Assembly (NCBI GenBank): GCA_039815185.1
Contig: JBCBZT010000031.1
Coordinates: forward strand, 34,094-98,093
Reading direction: 5' to 3'
From: Cyanobacteria bacterium P01_A01_bin.123
Lineage (GTDB): Bacteria > Cyanobacteriota > Cyanobacteriia > Phormidesmidales > Phormidesmidaceae
Length of the DNA: 64,000 nucleotides
Numbering within the stretch: position 1 is the stretch's first letter; each line of letters begins with the position of its first letter. Positions 10,178 through 20,549 of the stretch are shown here, piece by piece. A model generated the notes under the pieces. The model had not been told where the DNA came from. It saw only the letters and a list, made by a program, of their open reading frames with translations, and made no database searches. The position numbers and the translations under genes were made by a program.

Positions 10178-11305
10178 ATGGAAAATGTTGATCGAATTAT
10201 TTTCTTGATTACTAGCTTAGATTTTGGTGGAGCACAAGCTCAAGTTGTTCCTTTGGCAATTCAATTGAGTAAAGCGAACTGGGCAGTTAGTATCGTATCA
10301 ATGCTAGCTCCACAAGCCTTTACATCTGAGCTATGTGCTGCAGGTGTAATGGTTAAGTCTTTGGATATGAAGAGGGGATTGCCCAACCCAGGCGCGATCG
10401 CGAAACTTGCTCGTTATATTCGCGAGTTTCAACCTCAAATTGTACACAGCCATCTGGTTCATGCAAATTTGCTCGCTAGAGTTACACAAATTATTGCCCC
10501 CGTACCCGTTTTAATCTCTACTATTCACAATATCAGTGAGGGTAGACGCTGGCGCGAAATTGGCTATCGTATGACCGATCGCTGGTGTGAGGTTACAACA
10601 AGTATTAGCCAGGCAGCTCTTGAAAGATATGTTCGTATTGGAGCAGTTCCTGCTGAAAAGATTCTCCTTTTACCCAATAGCGTAGATATTGATCGCTTTT
10701 ATCCCAACGAGGATTGGAGACTAGAACTGCGTCAACAACTCAATCTGGTTGATAAATTTGTTTGGTTAGCCGTGGGGCGTTTGGAAAAGCAAAAAGATTA
10801 CCCTAACATGCTACAAGCGTTTGCACTTGTCGTGCATCAGAGACCTGATGCACATTTAATTATTTGTGGTAAAGGGCCTTTAGAGGAGGCGCTTAAAATG
10901 CTTGCCGAACAGTTAAAAATTTCCCGGAATGTTCATTTCTTAGGTATTAGACAAGATATTCCTAAGTTAATGAATGCTGCCGATAGCTACTTGATGTCCT
11001 CGGCATGGGAAGGAATGCCAGTTGTTTTACTTGAGGCGTCTGCGTCTGGATTACCAACGGTTGCCACAGATGTAGGCGGCAATCGAGAAGTGATACGCCA
11101 AGGTGAGAGTGGTTTACTGGTAACATCCAAAAACCATGAAGCATTGGCTAATGCAATGCAAGATATTATAAATATGCCATTAGATGAAAGGGAGAAAATG
11201 GGTACTCTAGCTCGAAAGAATATCATCGAAAATTATAGTTTTCAGGTGTATATAGATAAGTGGAAAACGCTATATAAACAAATGAAACTAAGGAAAACCC
11301 AGTGA
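10178..11305 (+). CDS. Glycosyltransferase family 4
   Basis: GGAQAQV, VGRLEKQKDY, SSAWEGMPVVLLEA. Confidence 0.92.
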   Translation: MENVDRIIFLITSLDFGGAQAQVVPLAIQLSKANWAVSIVSMLAPQAFTSELCAAGVMVKSLDMKRGLPNPGAIAKLARYIREFQPQIVHSHLVHANLLARVTQIIAPVPVLISTIHNISEGRRWREIGYRMTDRWCEVTTSISQAALERYVRIGAVPAEKILLLPNSVDIDRFYPNEDWRLELRQQLNLVDKFVWLAVGRLEKQKDYPNMLQAFALVVHQRPDAHLIICGKGPLEEALKMLAEQLKISRNVHFLGIRQDIPKLMNAADSYLMSSAWEGMPVVLLEASASGLPTVATDVGGNREVIRQGESGLLVTSKNHEALANAMQDIINMPLDEREKMGTLARKNIIENYSFQVYIDKWKTLYKQMKLRKTQ

Positions 11306-11308
11306 ATT

Positions 11309-12181
11309 ATGAATAGTGATTTCAGCATTGACTTTATATTGGTTGGACCCTTTAAAACCGGAACTTCTTGGATTTATGAATATCTAAAGCGCCACCCTCA
11401 GGTAAATGTGCCAATTAAAGTCAAAGAAACATATTTTTTTGATAAAAAATGCTCAAAAGGAACGAGTTGGTATCTATCTCATTTTGAAAAAGGGAATAGT
11501 TCATCTATTTTCGGAGAAGTATCACCTAGTTACTTCCATTCTATTGACGCCACTAATAGCATTTACAAAAACTATTCGAATTGTAAGATTCTTATAACTT
11601 TAAGAGATCCTATAGAACGACTAATTTCCTATTATGGACATATGCTTCAAAGGGGAGATATTCGCTATGATATGACGTTTATTGATGCTCTTCATAAAAA
11701 GGAGATATTAGTAGAATCTTCTAAATATTATAGCCACTTATGGAGGTGGGTAGATGTGTTTGGTAAAGAAAATGTGTATATTTTATTTTACGAGGATCTG
11801 CAAGCCTCGAATCAGCTTTTTTCGAAAACCCTTTGTAGTATTTTGGATATTGATTTTATTGATCCAAAGAAATTTGAGCTTATGGATAAAGTTAATCCAA
11901 CGAAGATCCCGACTAATTATTTTGTAGCTCGCTTGCTTACTGCGACTAACCGTTTTCTTCGACATCATGGATTTCATGGCATCGTTAATTTTGTTAAAAG
12001 AGTAGGACTCCAGTCTTTGTTGTTTAAGCAGTCATTTAATAAAAAGACGCTGGAGATTGAGGATATGCAATATGCATTTGATCTGATTAAAGATGAGCTT
12101 CAGCTTCTGGGTAGTGAGTTTACGTTAGATATTGAAAAATGGCGCAGTAACTGGATTTATAAAGGCTTAGATGTTTTCTAG
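11309..12181 (+). CDS. Sulfotransferase
   Basis: DFILVGPFKTGTSW, KETYFFD, GEVSPSY, LRDPIERLISYY. Confidence 0.88.
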   Translation: MNSDFSIDFILVGPFKTGTSWIYEYLKRHPQVNVPIKVKETYFFDKKCSKGTSWYLSHFEKGNSSSIFGEVSPSYFHSIDATNSIYKNYSNCKILITLRDPIERLISYYGHMLQRGDIRYDMTFIDALHKKEILVESSKYYSHLWRWVDVFGKENVYILFYEDLQASNQLFSKTLCSILDIDFIDPKKFELMDKVNPTKIPTNYFVARLLTATNRFLRHHGFHGIVNFVKRVGLQSLLFKQSFNKKTLEIEDMQYAFDLIKDELQLLGSEFTLDIEKWRSNWIYKGLDVF

Positions 12182-12278
12182 TTGAGTCTCTGACATTGAA
12201 ATTGCTTCAAAGTATTGAACGAACAAATCAGAACGAATAAATCAGTAAGTGGGCGCTATGTAATCCCAAGTTGAGGTT

Positions 12279-13466
12279 ATGGGCATAAGTTATACTCCGC
12301 AGCGATTTAAAGTACTGCATTTGATTACTCGCCTTGCGATTGGTGGTGCTCAAGATAACACGTTGCTTACTGTCGAAAATCACTCCCGGGAGTGCTTTGA
12401 TGTTCACCTAGCCGCTAACCCTAACGATGCCTGGTTCAGTCGTGCGCAGGAGAGTGCTGATAGTTTTCACTCACTACCTCACCTTGAGCGTGCTATTCAC
12501 CCGATTAAAGATCTTCAAGCGCTATTTGCCATTATTAATCTGCTCCGCCGCGAAAAATTTGACGTTGTTCATACCCACAGTTCTAAAGCAGGTATCTTAG
12601 GCCGTATTGCGGCTCGTGTTACAGGTGTACCTGTTGTGGTGCACACGATTCATGGCTTTCCATTTCATGACTTTATGTCGGCCTTCAAGCGACAGTTTTA
12701 CACCATCCTTGAGCGCAGTATTCGTTCCTTTGCAGATTTTTATATCACTGTCTGTGAACTTAATCGACAACAAGCGATCGCCCTCAAGCTCATTTATCCT
12801 GAAGCATCTCAGACCGTTTACAGCGGCATCAGCTTTGCAAAACTGGATCGCCCTTCTGATGCCAGGGTGACTAAACTAAGACTTAACATCTCTGATGGAT
12901 GGCAAACTATTGTTATGGTAGGGCGGCTTGATCAACAAAAGTCTCCTTCCTATCTGATAGATGCCTTGGCCAAGGTTGTTCGACAATACCCTAAAACGCT
13001 ACTCCTATTAGTCGGTGAAGGAGAACTGCGATCGCGCCTAGAGGCTCAGACTCAACACCTTGGTTTAATGGAACAGGTTCGATTTCTCGGCTCCCGAGAT
13101 GATGTGCCCGAGATCCTAAAAATTGCAGATGTGTTTGCCCTTTCTTCCCTTTGGGAGGGGTTAGGCCGTGCCATGACCGAAGCGATGCTCTTGGGCAAAT
13201 CCGTTGTCGTGCCAGAAATCTATGGCATTCCAGAAATCGTTCATCACCATCAGACCGGCTTACTCTTTGCCGCAGGTGATACACAACAACTGGCGAACCA
13301 TCTGATTTATCTGTTGCAACATCCTGATGTGCGAGAAAAACTCGGCAAGAATGCTCAGAAGCTAACCCGCGAGCGTTTTGATGCTGCCGTAATGGTCGAA
13401 CAGATTGAGGCCATTTATGACAAGCTGCTGAGCCAAAAAGGGATTGCGGTTAAACAACGCGCTTAA
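12279..13466 (+). CDS. Glycosyltransferase family 4
   Basis: GGAQDNT, HTHSSKAG, VGRLDQQKSP, SSLWEGLGRAMTEAM. Confidence 0.92.
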   Translation: MGISYTPQRFKVLHLITRLAIGGAQDNTLLTVENHSRECFDVHLAANPNDAWFSRAQESADSFHSLPHLERAIHPIKDLQALFAIINLLRREKFDVVHTHSSKAGILGRIAARVTGVPVVVHTIHGFPFHDFMSAFKRQFYTILERSIRSFADFYITVCELNRQQAIALKLIYPEASQTVYSGISFAKLDRPSDARVTKLRLNISDGWQTIVMVGRLDQQKSPSYLIDALAKVVRQYPKTLLLLVGEGELRSRLEAQTQHLGLMEQVRFLGSRDDVPEILKIADVFALSSLWEGLGRAMTEAMLLGKSVVVPEIYGIPEIVHHHQTGLLFAAGDTQQLANHLIYLLQHPDVREKLGKNAQKLTRERFDAAVMVEQIEAIYDKLLSQKGIAVKQRA

Positions 13467-13484
13467 AGGAAGAGTTTTATACCG

Positions 13485-14486
13485 ATGGAGATGCCCACCC
13501 AGACTGTATTGGTGACCGGGGCGACTGGCTTTATTGGTAGCCATTTGCTGCCTGCTTTGCATCAGGCCAATTGGCAGACGGCAGTTGCGCTGCGCTGCGC
13601 TGCTCGCCAACCTTGTAAAATGCCAGCCCAGTCCGTGATCGTTGGGGATATTGGCGAAAGAACAGACTGGCAAGCGGCATTAGCTGGCGTCTCTACAGTG
13701 ATACATTTGGCTGCTCGGGCCCATCAAATCCAAGACAACTCATCCAATCCTGAAAAAGACTTTTGGCAGGTCAATACGCAAGGTACTGCAAATTTAGTCA
13801 AGCAATGTCTTGCCGCGGGCGTCCAACACTTTATTTTCCTCAGCTCCATTGGCGCGATGGCAACGCTGAGTTCCCAAGTCCTGAATGAAGATTCTCCCTG
13901 TCACCCAGATACCCCTTACGGGCGTAGCAAATTCAAGGCAGAGCAGGCCCTAATTGACCTGGCTCAAGACAGTTCTATGGCGTGGACTATCCTCCGTCCC
14001 ACCCTCGTTTATGGCCCTGGTAACCCTGGCAACATGGCACGGTTAATGAAGCTCATCAATACAGGACTGCCGCTGCCTTTAGGATCTATCCAAAATCGTC
14101 GTAGCTTGCTCTATGTTGGCAACCTCGTTGACATCATTCTGCGTACGTTGATCCACCCCAATGCCCAAAATCAAATATTTCTCTGTAGCGATGGGCAAGA
14201 TCTCTCAACCTCAGCGCTGATCCAAAAGATTGCCCATTGTCGCCACCAACCCTGCCGTCTGATTGCCCTGCCGTCTGCGTGGTTAAGACTGGGCGGCAAA
14301 CTCGGCGATACGGTTCAGCAGATTTTGGGACGTCCCTTGAGCCTCAATTCCGAGACTCTGGATCGCCTGCTCGGCTCATTATGGATAGATAATTCCAAAC
14401 TGCGATCGCGATTGGATTGGTCTCCCCCCTATTCCTTGGAAGCAGGATTGCGCCACACCTTTCATGGCACTGGCCAGATTGCTTAA
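13485..14486 (+). CDS. NAD-dependent epimerase/dehydratase
   Basis: VTGATGFIG, HLAARAH, YGRSK, RPTLVYGPG. Confidence 0.92.
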   Translation: MEMPTQTVLVTGATGFIGSHLLPALHQANWQTAVALRCAARQPCKMPAQSVIVGDIGERTDWQAALAGVSTVIHLAARAHQIQDNSSNPEKDFWQVNTQGTANLVKQCLAAGVQHFIFLSSIGAMATLSSQVLNEDSPCHPDTPYGRSKFKAEQALIDLAQDSSMAWTILRPTLVYGPGNPGNMARLMKLINTGLPLPLGSIQNRRSLLYVGNLVDIILRTLIHPNAQNQIFLCSDGQDLSTSALIQKIAHCRHQPCRLIALPSAWLRLGGKLGDTVQQILGRPLSLNSETLDRLLGSLWIDNSKLRSRLDWSPPYSLEAGLRHTFHGTGQIA

Positions 14487-14568
14487 TGCACCAGGTAACG
14501 CTGGGATGCTCAGCACACCAGCAATCTGGCTCGCCGTAGTGCACAAAGCTTTGTGGCGATGGCTATCA
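14462..14568. repeat. Dispersed ~108-bp structured repeat (MITE-like), degenerate copy 1
   Basis: Colinear with 50499-50606: TGGCCAGATTGCTTAATGCACC...AGCAATCTGGCTCGC.GTAG...CACAAAGCTTTGTG. Confidence 0.8.
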
Positions 14569-14696
14569 AGACGGATTGCCATCGCTGCGGCTGTGGTGGG
14601 TATCGCGCTTGGCTTGACCTGATTAGGCCCCCGGTTTTAGGGGGGCAGCATTGCTTTTTAAGTCTCTACCCATGCAAACAGGGGAGTTAATTACTC

Positions 14697-15719
14697 ATGA
14701 CGCTAGTTTTGTCTATCGTTGCCGGATTTACATTTGCGATCAGTTTGCTGAGTGTGGGCCTGATCCGCCAGCATTTGCAACATCAACTGCTTGATATTCC
14801 CAATGAACGCAGTTCTCATACTCAACCCACGCCGCGGGGGGGGGGATTAGGGTTTATTATCGCCTTTGCGATCGCGTTTTGGGTTGCTCAATCAGTGGCC
14901 CCAAATTTGGCCGCAGGCATTGCGCCTTTGCGCTGGCTCACCTTGATCCCTTTGGTGGCCATCGGTATTCTGGATGACTGGCGCGGCCTTTCCTCGGGGC
15001 TCAGGTACCTGATTCAACTCAGCGTGGCCGTGGCCGTGGTTTACAATTGTGGCCCATTTCCAGTTCCAGGGCTGGATCAATTGGGTGCGCCAGGGCTCTG
15101 GATCGCGCTTGGCTTGACGGTAATGGGCTTGACTGCCCTGATCAACTTTTACAACTTTATGGATGGATTGGACGGGTTAGTTGCTGGCGTCTCAGCTGTG
15201 CAGCTGAGCTTCTTAGCCCTCTGGTGTCATCAACCTGTGCTGTGGTTGTGGGTCGCTGCCCTGATGGGATTCCTCTATTGGAATTGGTCTCCCGCCAAGA
15301 TCTTTATGGGGGATGCCGGCAGTACGACATTGGGGGCAATTGTTGGCATCTCACTGCTCTCACAACCCCAGCTCGATTTGGGCTCAGCTTGGACGACGCT
15401 GGCCATTTTGCTGCCCCTAGTGGGCGATGCTATTTACACGATCTGCTGTCGCCTACTGCGGGGGGAAAATATCTTTAAGGCACATCGTAGCCATCTCTAT
15501 CAACGGCTTCATCAAGCGGGGTGGCCCCATGCCCAAGTTGCAGGGCTCTACCTATCGTTGACATTGGCGATCGCGTTGGGGGTAGCGCAATTTGGTTCGG
15601 CTGCCGCCTGGGCTAGTCTTGGGGGGATACCCCTGGCGATCGCGCTGACAGAAATCCATCTCGCGACCTTCTCCCAGCTTGCAGCCCACAAGTCGCCTCG
15701 GCTGTTAAACGAGGATTAA
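14697..15719 (+). CDS. WecA/MraY-family polyprenyl-phosphate sugar-1-phosphate transferase
   Basis: DIPNERSSH..PTPRGGG, GILDD, NFYNFMDGLDG, KIFMGDAGS, HRSHLYQRL. Confidence 0.92.
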   Translation: MTLVLSIVAGFTFAISLLSVGLIRQHLQHQLLDIPNERSSHTQPTPRGGGLGFIIAFAIAFWVAQSVAPNLAAGIAPLRWLTLIPLVAIGILDDWRGLSSGLRYLIQLSVAVAVVYNCGPFPVPGLDQLGAPGLWIALGLTVMGLTALINFYNFMDGLDGLVAGVSAVQLSFLALWCHQPVLWLWVAALMGFLYWNWSPAKIFMGDAGSTTLGAIVGISLLSQPQLDLGSAWTTLAILLPLVGDAIYTICCRLLRGENIFKAHRSHLYQRLHQAGWPHAQVAGLYLSLTLAIALGVAQFGSAAAWASLGGIPLAIALTEIHLATFSQLAAHKSPRLLNED

Positions 15720-16326
15720 ACCGCGCCCCGTTATGACCTGTGACCAACCACACTAGGGCACGCAATCCATCCCGGATCACTTTCAGCCAAGATTCATCTG
15801 AGGGGCGATATTGAGATGGTTGAGCAACAGGCGCGATCGCAATTCCACGACTGCCAAAAATCAGTGTGGCAACCGTTTTCACCCGAGCCATATGGTAGTC
15901 AGAGGTGATCACATAGACATGACGAATCTCCTGGGCAGTGAAATCATCCGCCAACGTGGTGAAGTGGGTCACCGTATCTGTGGCTTGCACGTCGTAGCGT
16001 ACCCGAGTAGACACCTGCGCAGTTGCAAAAGCTTTTCTTACCCCAGATCGTTGGCTACAGTTGCCCGACACCCAAATTGGTAAGTCGGGATATTGCTGAG
16101 CAAATTTCGCGGCCTGTCGAACCCGATAATCCGGCCCGTCCAAAATTAAAATAGCCTGCGGTTCCGGATTTTGTTGGCGGGCCAGTGCTAGTCTCACCGC
16201 AATTAGCCCCGCGAACGATAAGGTTGCCCCAGCCCCGACTATGCCGATCAATATGAGGCGCCGCCGCCAAGACAGTTGGCACCAGCGCTTGATCCTTAAG
16301 ACGCTATTACCCACACGCTTAGCCAA
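15613..16326 (-). CDS. YdcF/ElyC (DUF218) family protein
   Basis: N-terminal TM, PQAILILDG, ATDTVTHF, VITSDYHMAR. Confidence 0.85.
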   Translation of the reverse strand: MAKRVGNSVLRIKRWCQLSWRRRLILIGIVGAGATLSFAGLIAVRLALARQQNPEPQAILILDGPDYRVRQAAKFAQQYPDLPIWVSGNCSQRSGVRKAFATAQVSTRVRYDVQATDTVTHFTTLADDFTAQEIRHVYVITSDYHMARVKTVATLIFGSRGIAIAPVAQPSQYRPSDESWLKVIRDGLRALVWLVTGHNGARFNPRLTAEATCGLQAGRRSRDGFLSARSPGVSPQD

Positions 16327-16768
16327 TCAATCGAAATCCTCGAACTCCCTGGTAGCTCCTATCTCGGGCCGTCCTTCTGGTAAATTCACTCACCGACGGA
16401 TTTCCCCCCGGTTGGATCACGCCGCTAACCTGCTGCCATAGGGATTCCGGGGCGGGTGAAAGCTCATAGCGATATTTGCCGCCTCGAAACTGTGAATTCT
16501 CATAGCTACGCACATGGTACCAAGTCGTCGCTTGACACTCTGGACACCAAAACGATTCCAACCATTCGTTGGACAGGGGCACGGTGGTGCAGCTTTGGAT
16601 CAACGTCAGTGCCGATCGACGCTTCATGCCACGCTGTTGCAGCTGCTCGGGCTTATCAGCAAACAACCGATACTTACGACTGGCACTATCCAGATAGCAG
16701 CCATGGATGGGACAGTAGATTGTCCGGCGCTTCGATCGATTACGGTTGCGATCGCATCGTCTAGTCAC
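16319..16768 (-). CDS. Hypothetical protein with Cys/His clusters (putative metal-binding)
   Basis: CPIHGC and FWCPEC motifs; packed tightly between wzc and ydcF. Confidence 0.7.
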   Translation of the reverse strand: MTRRCDRNRNRSKRRTIYCPIHGCYLDSASRKYRLFADKPEQLQQRGMKRRSALTLIQSCTTVPLSNEWLESFWCPECQATTWYHVRSYENSQFRGGKYRYELSPAPESLWQQVSGVIQPGGNPSVSEFTRRTARDRSYQGVRGFRLIG

Positions 16769-16770
16769 AG

Positions 16771-18978
16771 CTATTCTCTCGAATTCAACAAAGAAACATC
16801 TCCTGCCTGATCAGAACTTGGATCAGCAGCCACATAAAACTCATCCGATAAATACTGCCCATAGGGTTCGTAACGGGCCAGTGTACTATTGACCACCAGC
16901 CCCAGCACCCTTTGCTGAGACTGTTCTATTAAGGTTTTGGCATAGTCGAGGCTGTCACTGTCAGCCACATTTGGCCGCACCACCAGCAGCAATCCATCTG
17001 CCATCTTGCCAACAATTGAGGTGCTGGCCCCGCCACTGAGTGCAGGGGTATCCAGAATCACGTAGTCATACTGGGTTTGAAAATGCTGGAGTAGCGTCGT
17101 CATCCGTTGAGAATCAAGCAGCGCTGCTGGATTGGGTGGCAACACTCCCGCTGGCAACACGTCGAGGTTAGGCATGACCTCAACAATGGTTGTCTCAAGC
17201 GCAACCTGACTCACCAAGACATTACTCAAGCCACTGCGATTGGGCAGATCCCAAATCCAATGCTGAATCGGATGATGTAGATCAACATCGACCAATAACG
17301 CCTGCTTCCCTGTCTGAGCAATGGAAGCCGCTAAATTACTGGCGACGGTTGACTTGCCCTCTCTCGGGACTGAGCTCGTCACCACAATCACGTTGGGGGG
17401 ATGGTCAGAATCGAGAAACTTTAGATTATTGCGAAGCATATGGTAAGCCTCGCTTGCGAGTGAGGGTTTTTCGGTACAAACCACCAGATTGGGCACGGTT
17501 CGATCGTCAGAGTCTCTATGGCGGTTGCTCTCCACCTCTTTAGCAAAGGTCGGAATCACTCCCAACACGGGTAAGTTGAATCTGAGCTTAATCTCTTCTA
17601 CGGTTTTAACCGATCGATCTCGTGCTTCTAAAATCAAGGTCGTCGCCGCGGCTAATAAACCGCCTAGCAAAGCTCCAGTGACAATGTAGAGCCTTTTGCG
17701 AGGGGCAACGGGCCCGTTGCTCAATACTGCAGCGGGCTGCACGATGCGGACATTGCCAACATTTTGGTTTTCAGCCACCCGCACGTCCTGTAACCGCTGC
17801 AATAACAGGGTGTAGGTAGACTGGGCTGCGTCCAATTTGCGCTGCAGTTCCCGTTGTTCTTGCTCAAGGCGCGGCAGCGTGCTTGCCCGCTCTAAGTAAG
17901 ATGCTTCGACTTGTTGCAAAGTAGAGGCCTGATCTCTTAATCCCTGCAGCTGGGCGTCGAGACGGATATAGCTGCTGATTAAATCAGCCTCAACCGCTCC
18001 CAATTGTAAATTGACGTTATCAGGCAACGGACGTGAGCCAATGGCAGCCTGAATCTGCTGATCCAAAAGCGTATCTAGATTTGCCTGTTCTGTCTCCAAA
18101 TCGACAATAATGGGATGCTGATCATGAAACCGGACTCGCTCAGTCGCCAAAGTGGATTCAACCGCTTGATAGTCTTCTAAGACCTGTTGAACGCCACCCG
18201 ATTGACTGACAGCTGTTGCCACCAAAGCCGCTTGTGGATTGCGGCCTAATCGAGCATTTAAGGTATCAAACTGAGTTTCTGCATCAGCTAACTGGGATGA
18301 CACATCGGTCATCTTCGCCTGCAAGTCTTCCAATAAGGAAACCGTTGAGAGCGCTTCTGCTTCCAAGGCAACCACCTGATTCTGCTCCTTAAAAGCTCGT
18401 AGTGCTGCATCTGCTTGTCGCGCCCGGTCTTCAGCCGCTGGCAGCTGGTCTTCAATGAATTCTCTGGCCGCTGCTGCTTCGGCCCGGTTGGCTAATAAAT
18501 GCGCATCCAAATAAACTGACATCAACGTGTCGATAGCGCGCTTTGCGGCTTCGACATCGGGTGACTTGTAAGCCACGTTGAGGATAGCGGTGCCCCGTTC
18601 ATGGCTAATCTCAAGGTTGCCAAGAAATTGTTTAGGGGTGATCGGGTTTCCCTCCGCGTCTTTGAGATCTAATCGATCAATTACTTCTTGAATCACCGGA
18701 ACCGTGCGAATGACACCGATTTCGGTTGCGACTGGGTTGTCAGTAATGTTCAGCGCCTCAAGTTGCCCCAGCTCGTCTCCGAGTCCCGTTAGGGCTGCTG
18801 TGGCGTCATGGCTCTTAAATCTGAGTTTTCCTTCCGCTTCGTAAATGGGCGTCTGCAAGAGGCCTAACGTGCTGACCATCACAATGGTGCTGGCAAAAAC
18901 CAGCGATGCCGGTAGCCAACGTCGCTGCAGAATCTGCCAATATTGGTCAATCCCGATTTCTGAGTCTGCTGCTTGCAT
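16771..18978 (-). CDS. wzc: Polysaccharide co-polymerase/tyrosine kinase (Wzc/GumC)
   Basis: Two TMs flanking a coiled coil, TSSVPREGKST Walker A, VDVDLH, YDYVILDTP, Tyr-containing tail. Confidence 0.92.
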   Translation of the reverse strand: MQAADSEIGIDQYWQILQRRWLPASLVFASTIVMVSTLGLLQTPIYEAEGKLRFKSHDATAALTGLGDELGQLEALNITDNPVATEIGVIRTVPVIQEVIDRLDLKDAEGNPITPKQFLGNLEISHERGTAILNVAYKSPDVEAAKRAIDTLMSVYLDAHLLANRAEAAAAREFIEDQLPAAEDRARQADAALRAFKEQNQVVALEAEALSTVSLLEDLQAKMTDVSSQLADAETQFDTLNARLGRNPQAALVATAVSQSGGVQQVLEDYQAVESTLATERVRFHDQHPIIVDLETEQANLDTLLDQQIQAAIGSRPLPDNVNLQLGAVEADLISSYIRLDAQLQGLRDQASTLQQVEASYLERASTLPRLEQEQRELQRKLDAAQSTYTLLLQRLQDVRVAENQNVGNVRIVQPAAVLSNGPVAPRKRLYIVTGALLGGLLAAATTLILEARDRSVKTVEEIKLRFNLPVLGVIPTFAKEVESNRHRDSDDRTVPNLVVCTEKPSLASEAYHMLRNNLKFLDSDHPPNVIVVTSSVPREGKSTVASNLAASIAQTGKQALLVDVDLHHPIQHWIWDLPNRSGLSNVLVSQVALETTIVEVMPNLDVLPAGVLPPNPAALLDSQRMTTLLQHFQTQYDYVILDTPALSGGASTSIVGKMADGLLLVVRPNVADSDSLDYAKTLIEQSQQRVLGLVVNSTLARYEPYGQYLSDEFYVAADPSSDQAGDVSLLNSRE

Positions 18979-19117
18979 AGCTGTACCTAATGTCGATTGA
19001 TCAAAACATCAAATATCAAATAAAGAACTAAACTGCATTCGATTTGAAAATTGGAATCTTTTAGCTTAGGGAAACTTCGGATCTGCACATAGCCAAGGTT
19101 GAGCTGCCTCAACTCAA

Positions 19118-20182
19118 TCAACGAAATAGCCGAAATGGCGATAAAATCAGGCCCAAGGGACTGAAGATGCCGCCAACGGTGTCGGAAAACGCAGCCATGC
19201 CTGAGCGTCCTACCAGCACTACATCGTTATTGCGTAGGGATGGGTTCGTGTCTTCATTGATGCCTTGGTTGAAGGCGATCGGGACAGTGCGTTGCGAAAC
19301 TGTACCATCTGGGTTCAGCCGCACCAGTTCGACTTCGTTGATATTGGCGCGTCGGGGGTCAAAACCACCCGCTGCCAATAGGGCTTGGTTTAGCGGTGCA
19401 TTGGGTGGAATCTCAACCGTACCGGGGGCGGTGACTTCGCCCACTATCGTGACTTGAATGGTGTCAGGCGAAAAATTAGCCGCTGATAGCTGGGTGACTT
19501 CTTGGGGGGTTAGGGCTGTGGCTGTGGGAATATTAATGGCATCCCCGTGGCGGAGGGTGATGTCATTTTGAATGTCGCCCGTTGCCAAGATATCCCACAA
19601 ATTAATTTGAATAACCTGTTCGCTACCCGAAGATTGAGGGCGACGGATTTCAATTTGTTGAACATTGGCTTGTTCAGTAATCCCGCCGGATAGCTGAATC
19701 GCTTCAATCACTGTGGGCCATTCAATGATGCCGTTGCTGCCTTGTTCAGTCACTGGGATTTCATACGAACCGGGGCGGTTAATCTCACCTGAAATGCCGA
19801 TTTGGATGGGGCGCGGAGCCACTAGATCGACGGTAACTAAGGGCGTTCTCAAATAGGAATCATAAGCATTTTGAATGGCTTGGGTGGCAGCTTCAAGGGT
19901 CAACCCGGCAACAGGTAATTTGCCAATTAACGGTAAGTTGATAGACCCATCCACTAAGACCTGTTCTTCGCTGTTGTATTCCGGTACATTGAAAAACTCG
20001 AGCGAAAGTCGATCGCCAGGGCCCAGTAAATAACTGGCATCAATAGTCTGGCTTGTTGATACGCTAGGGGCTGCTGAACTGGGTTCAGGGTCGGGTAGAG
20101 ATTCAACCTGAGCGCTGGCCAGGGGAGATAAAGGGAACCCTATCAGCGTGCTCAGACCGGCCGAAAGTAAAAAAGCTTTCAT
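19118..20182 (-). CDS. wza: Polysaccharide export protein (Wza/OPX, SLBB repeats)
   Basis: Signal peptide, YLLGPGDRL, DGSINLPLIG, GEINRPG and GEVTAPG SLBB repeats. Confidence 0.9.
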   Translation of the reverse strand: MKAFLLSAGLSTLIGFPLSPLASAQVESLPDPEPSSAAPSVSTSQTIDASYLLGPGDRLSLEFFNVPEYNSEEQVLVDGSINLPLIGKLPVAGLTLEAATQAIQNAYDSYLRTPLVTVDLVAPRPIQIGISGEINRPGSYEIPVTEQGSNGIIEWPTVIEAIQLSGGITEQANVQQIEIRRPQSSGSEQVIQINLWDILATGDIQNDITLRHGDAINIPTATALTPQEVTQLSAANFSPDTIQVTIVGEVTAPGTVEIPPNAPLNQALLAAGGFDPRRANINEVELVRLNPDGTVSQRTVPIAFNQGINEDTNPSLRNNDVVLVGRSGMAAFSDTVGGIFSPLGLILSPFRLFR

Positions 20183-20549
20183 AGGATGCGCTGCTATCGG
20201 TAGACACTGTACATCGAGAACTGATATTGCTTTGCGTCACCTAATCAGTAAGGAGTAGAGCTAATAAGGAACATACAAAGGCCCAAAAAGCCTAACAACG
20301 ATAAACCCTGATAGAGACCATCGGCGTCATCAACACGATGGCTCTAGAAAATATAGCAAGCATTTAATAGGTTGCAACTTTTATCCGCTCGCGTCACATT
20401 TCGTATCGTCCCTATTCTGCTTTGAATTATCCAATTAATGCACAGTAGAAACGCACAATAGGTTAGTGCACCACAGAATCGTTTTGGTGCGATCGCGTTC
20501 AGATGAAACAAGGTATTTAGCCTACACCCACAATCATAAAGACTGACCG

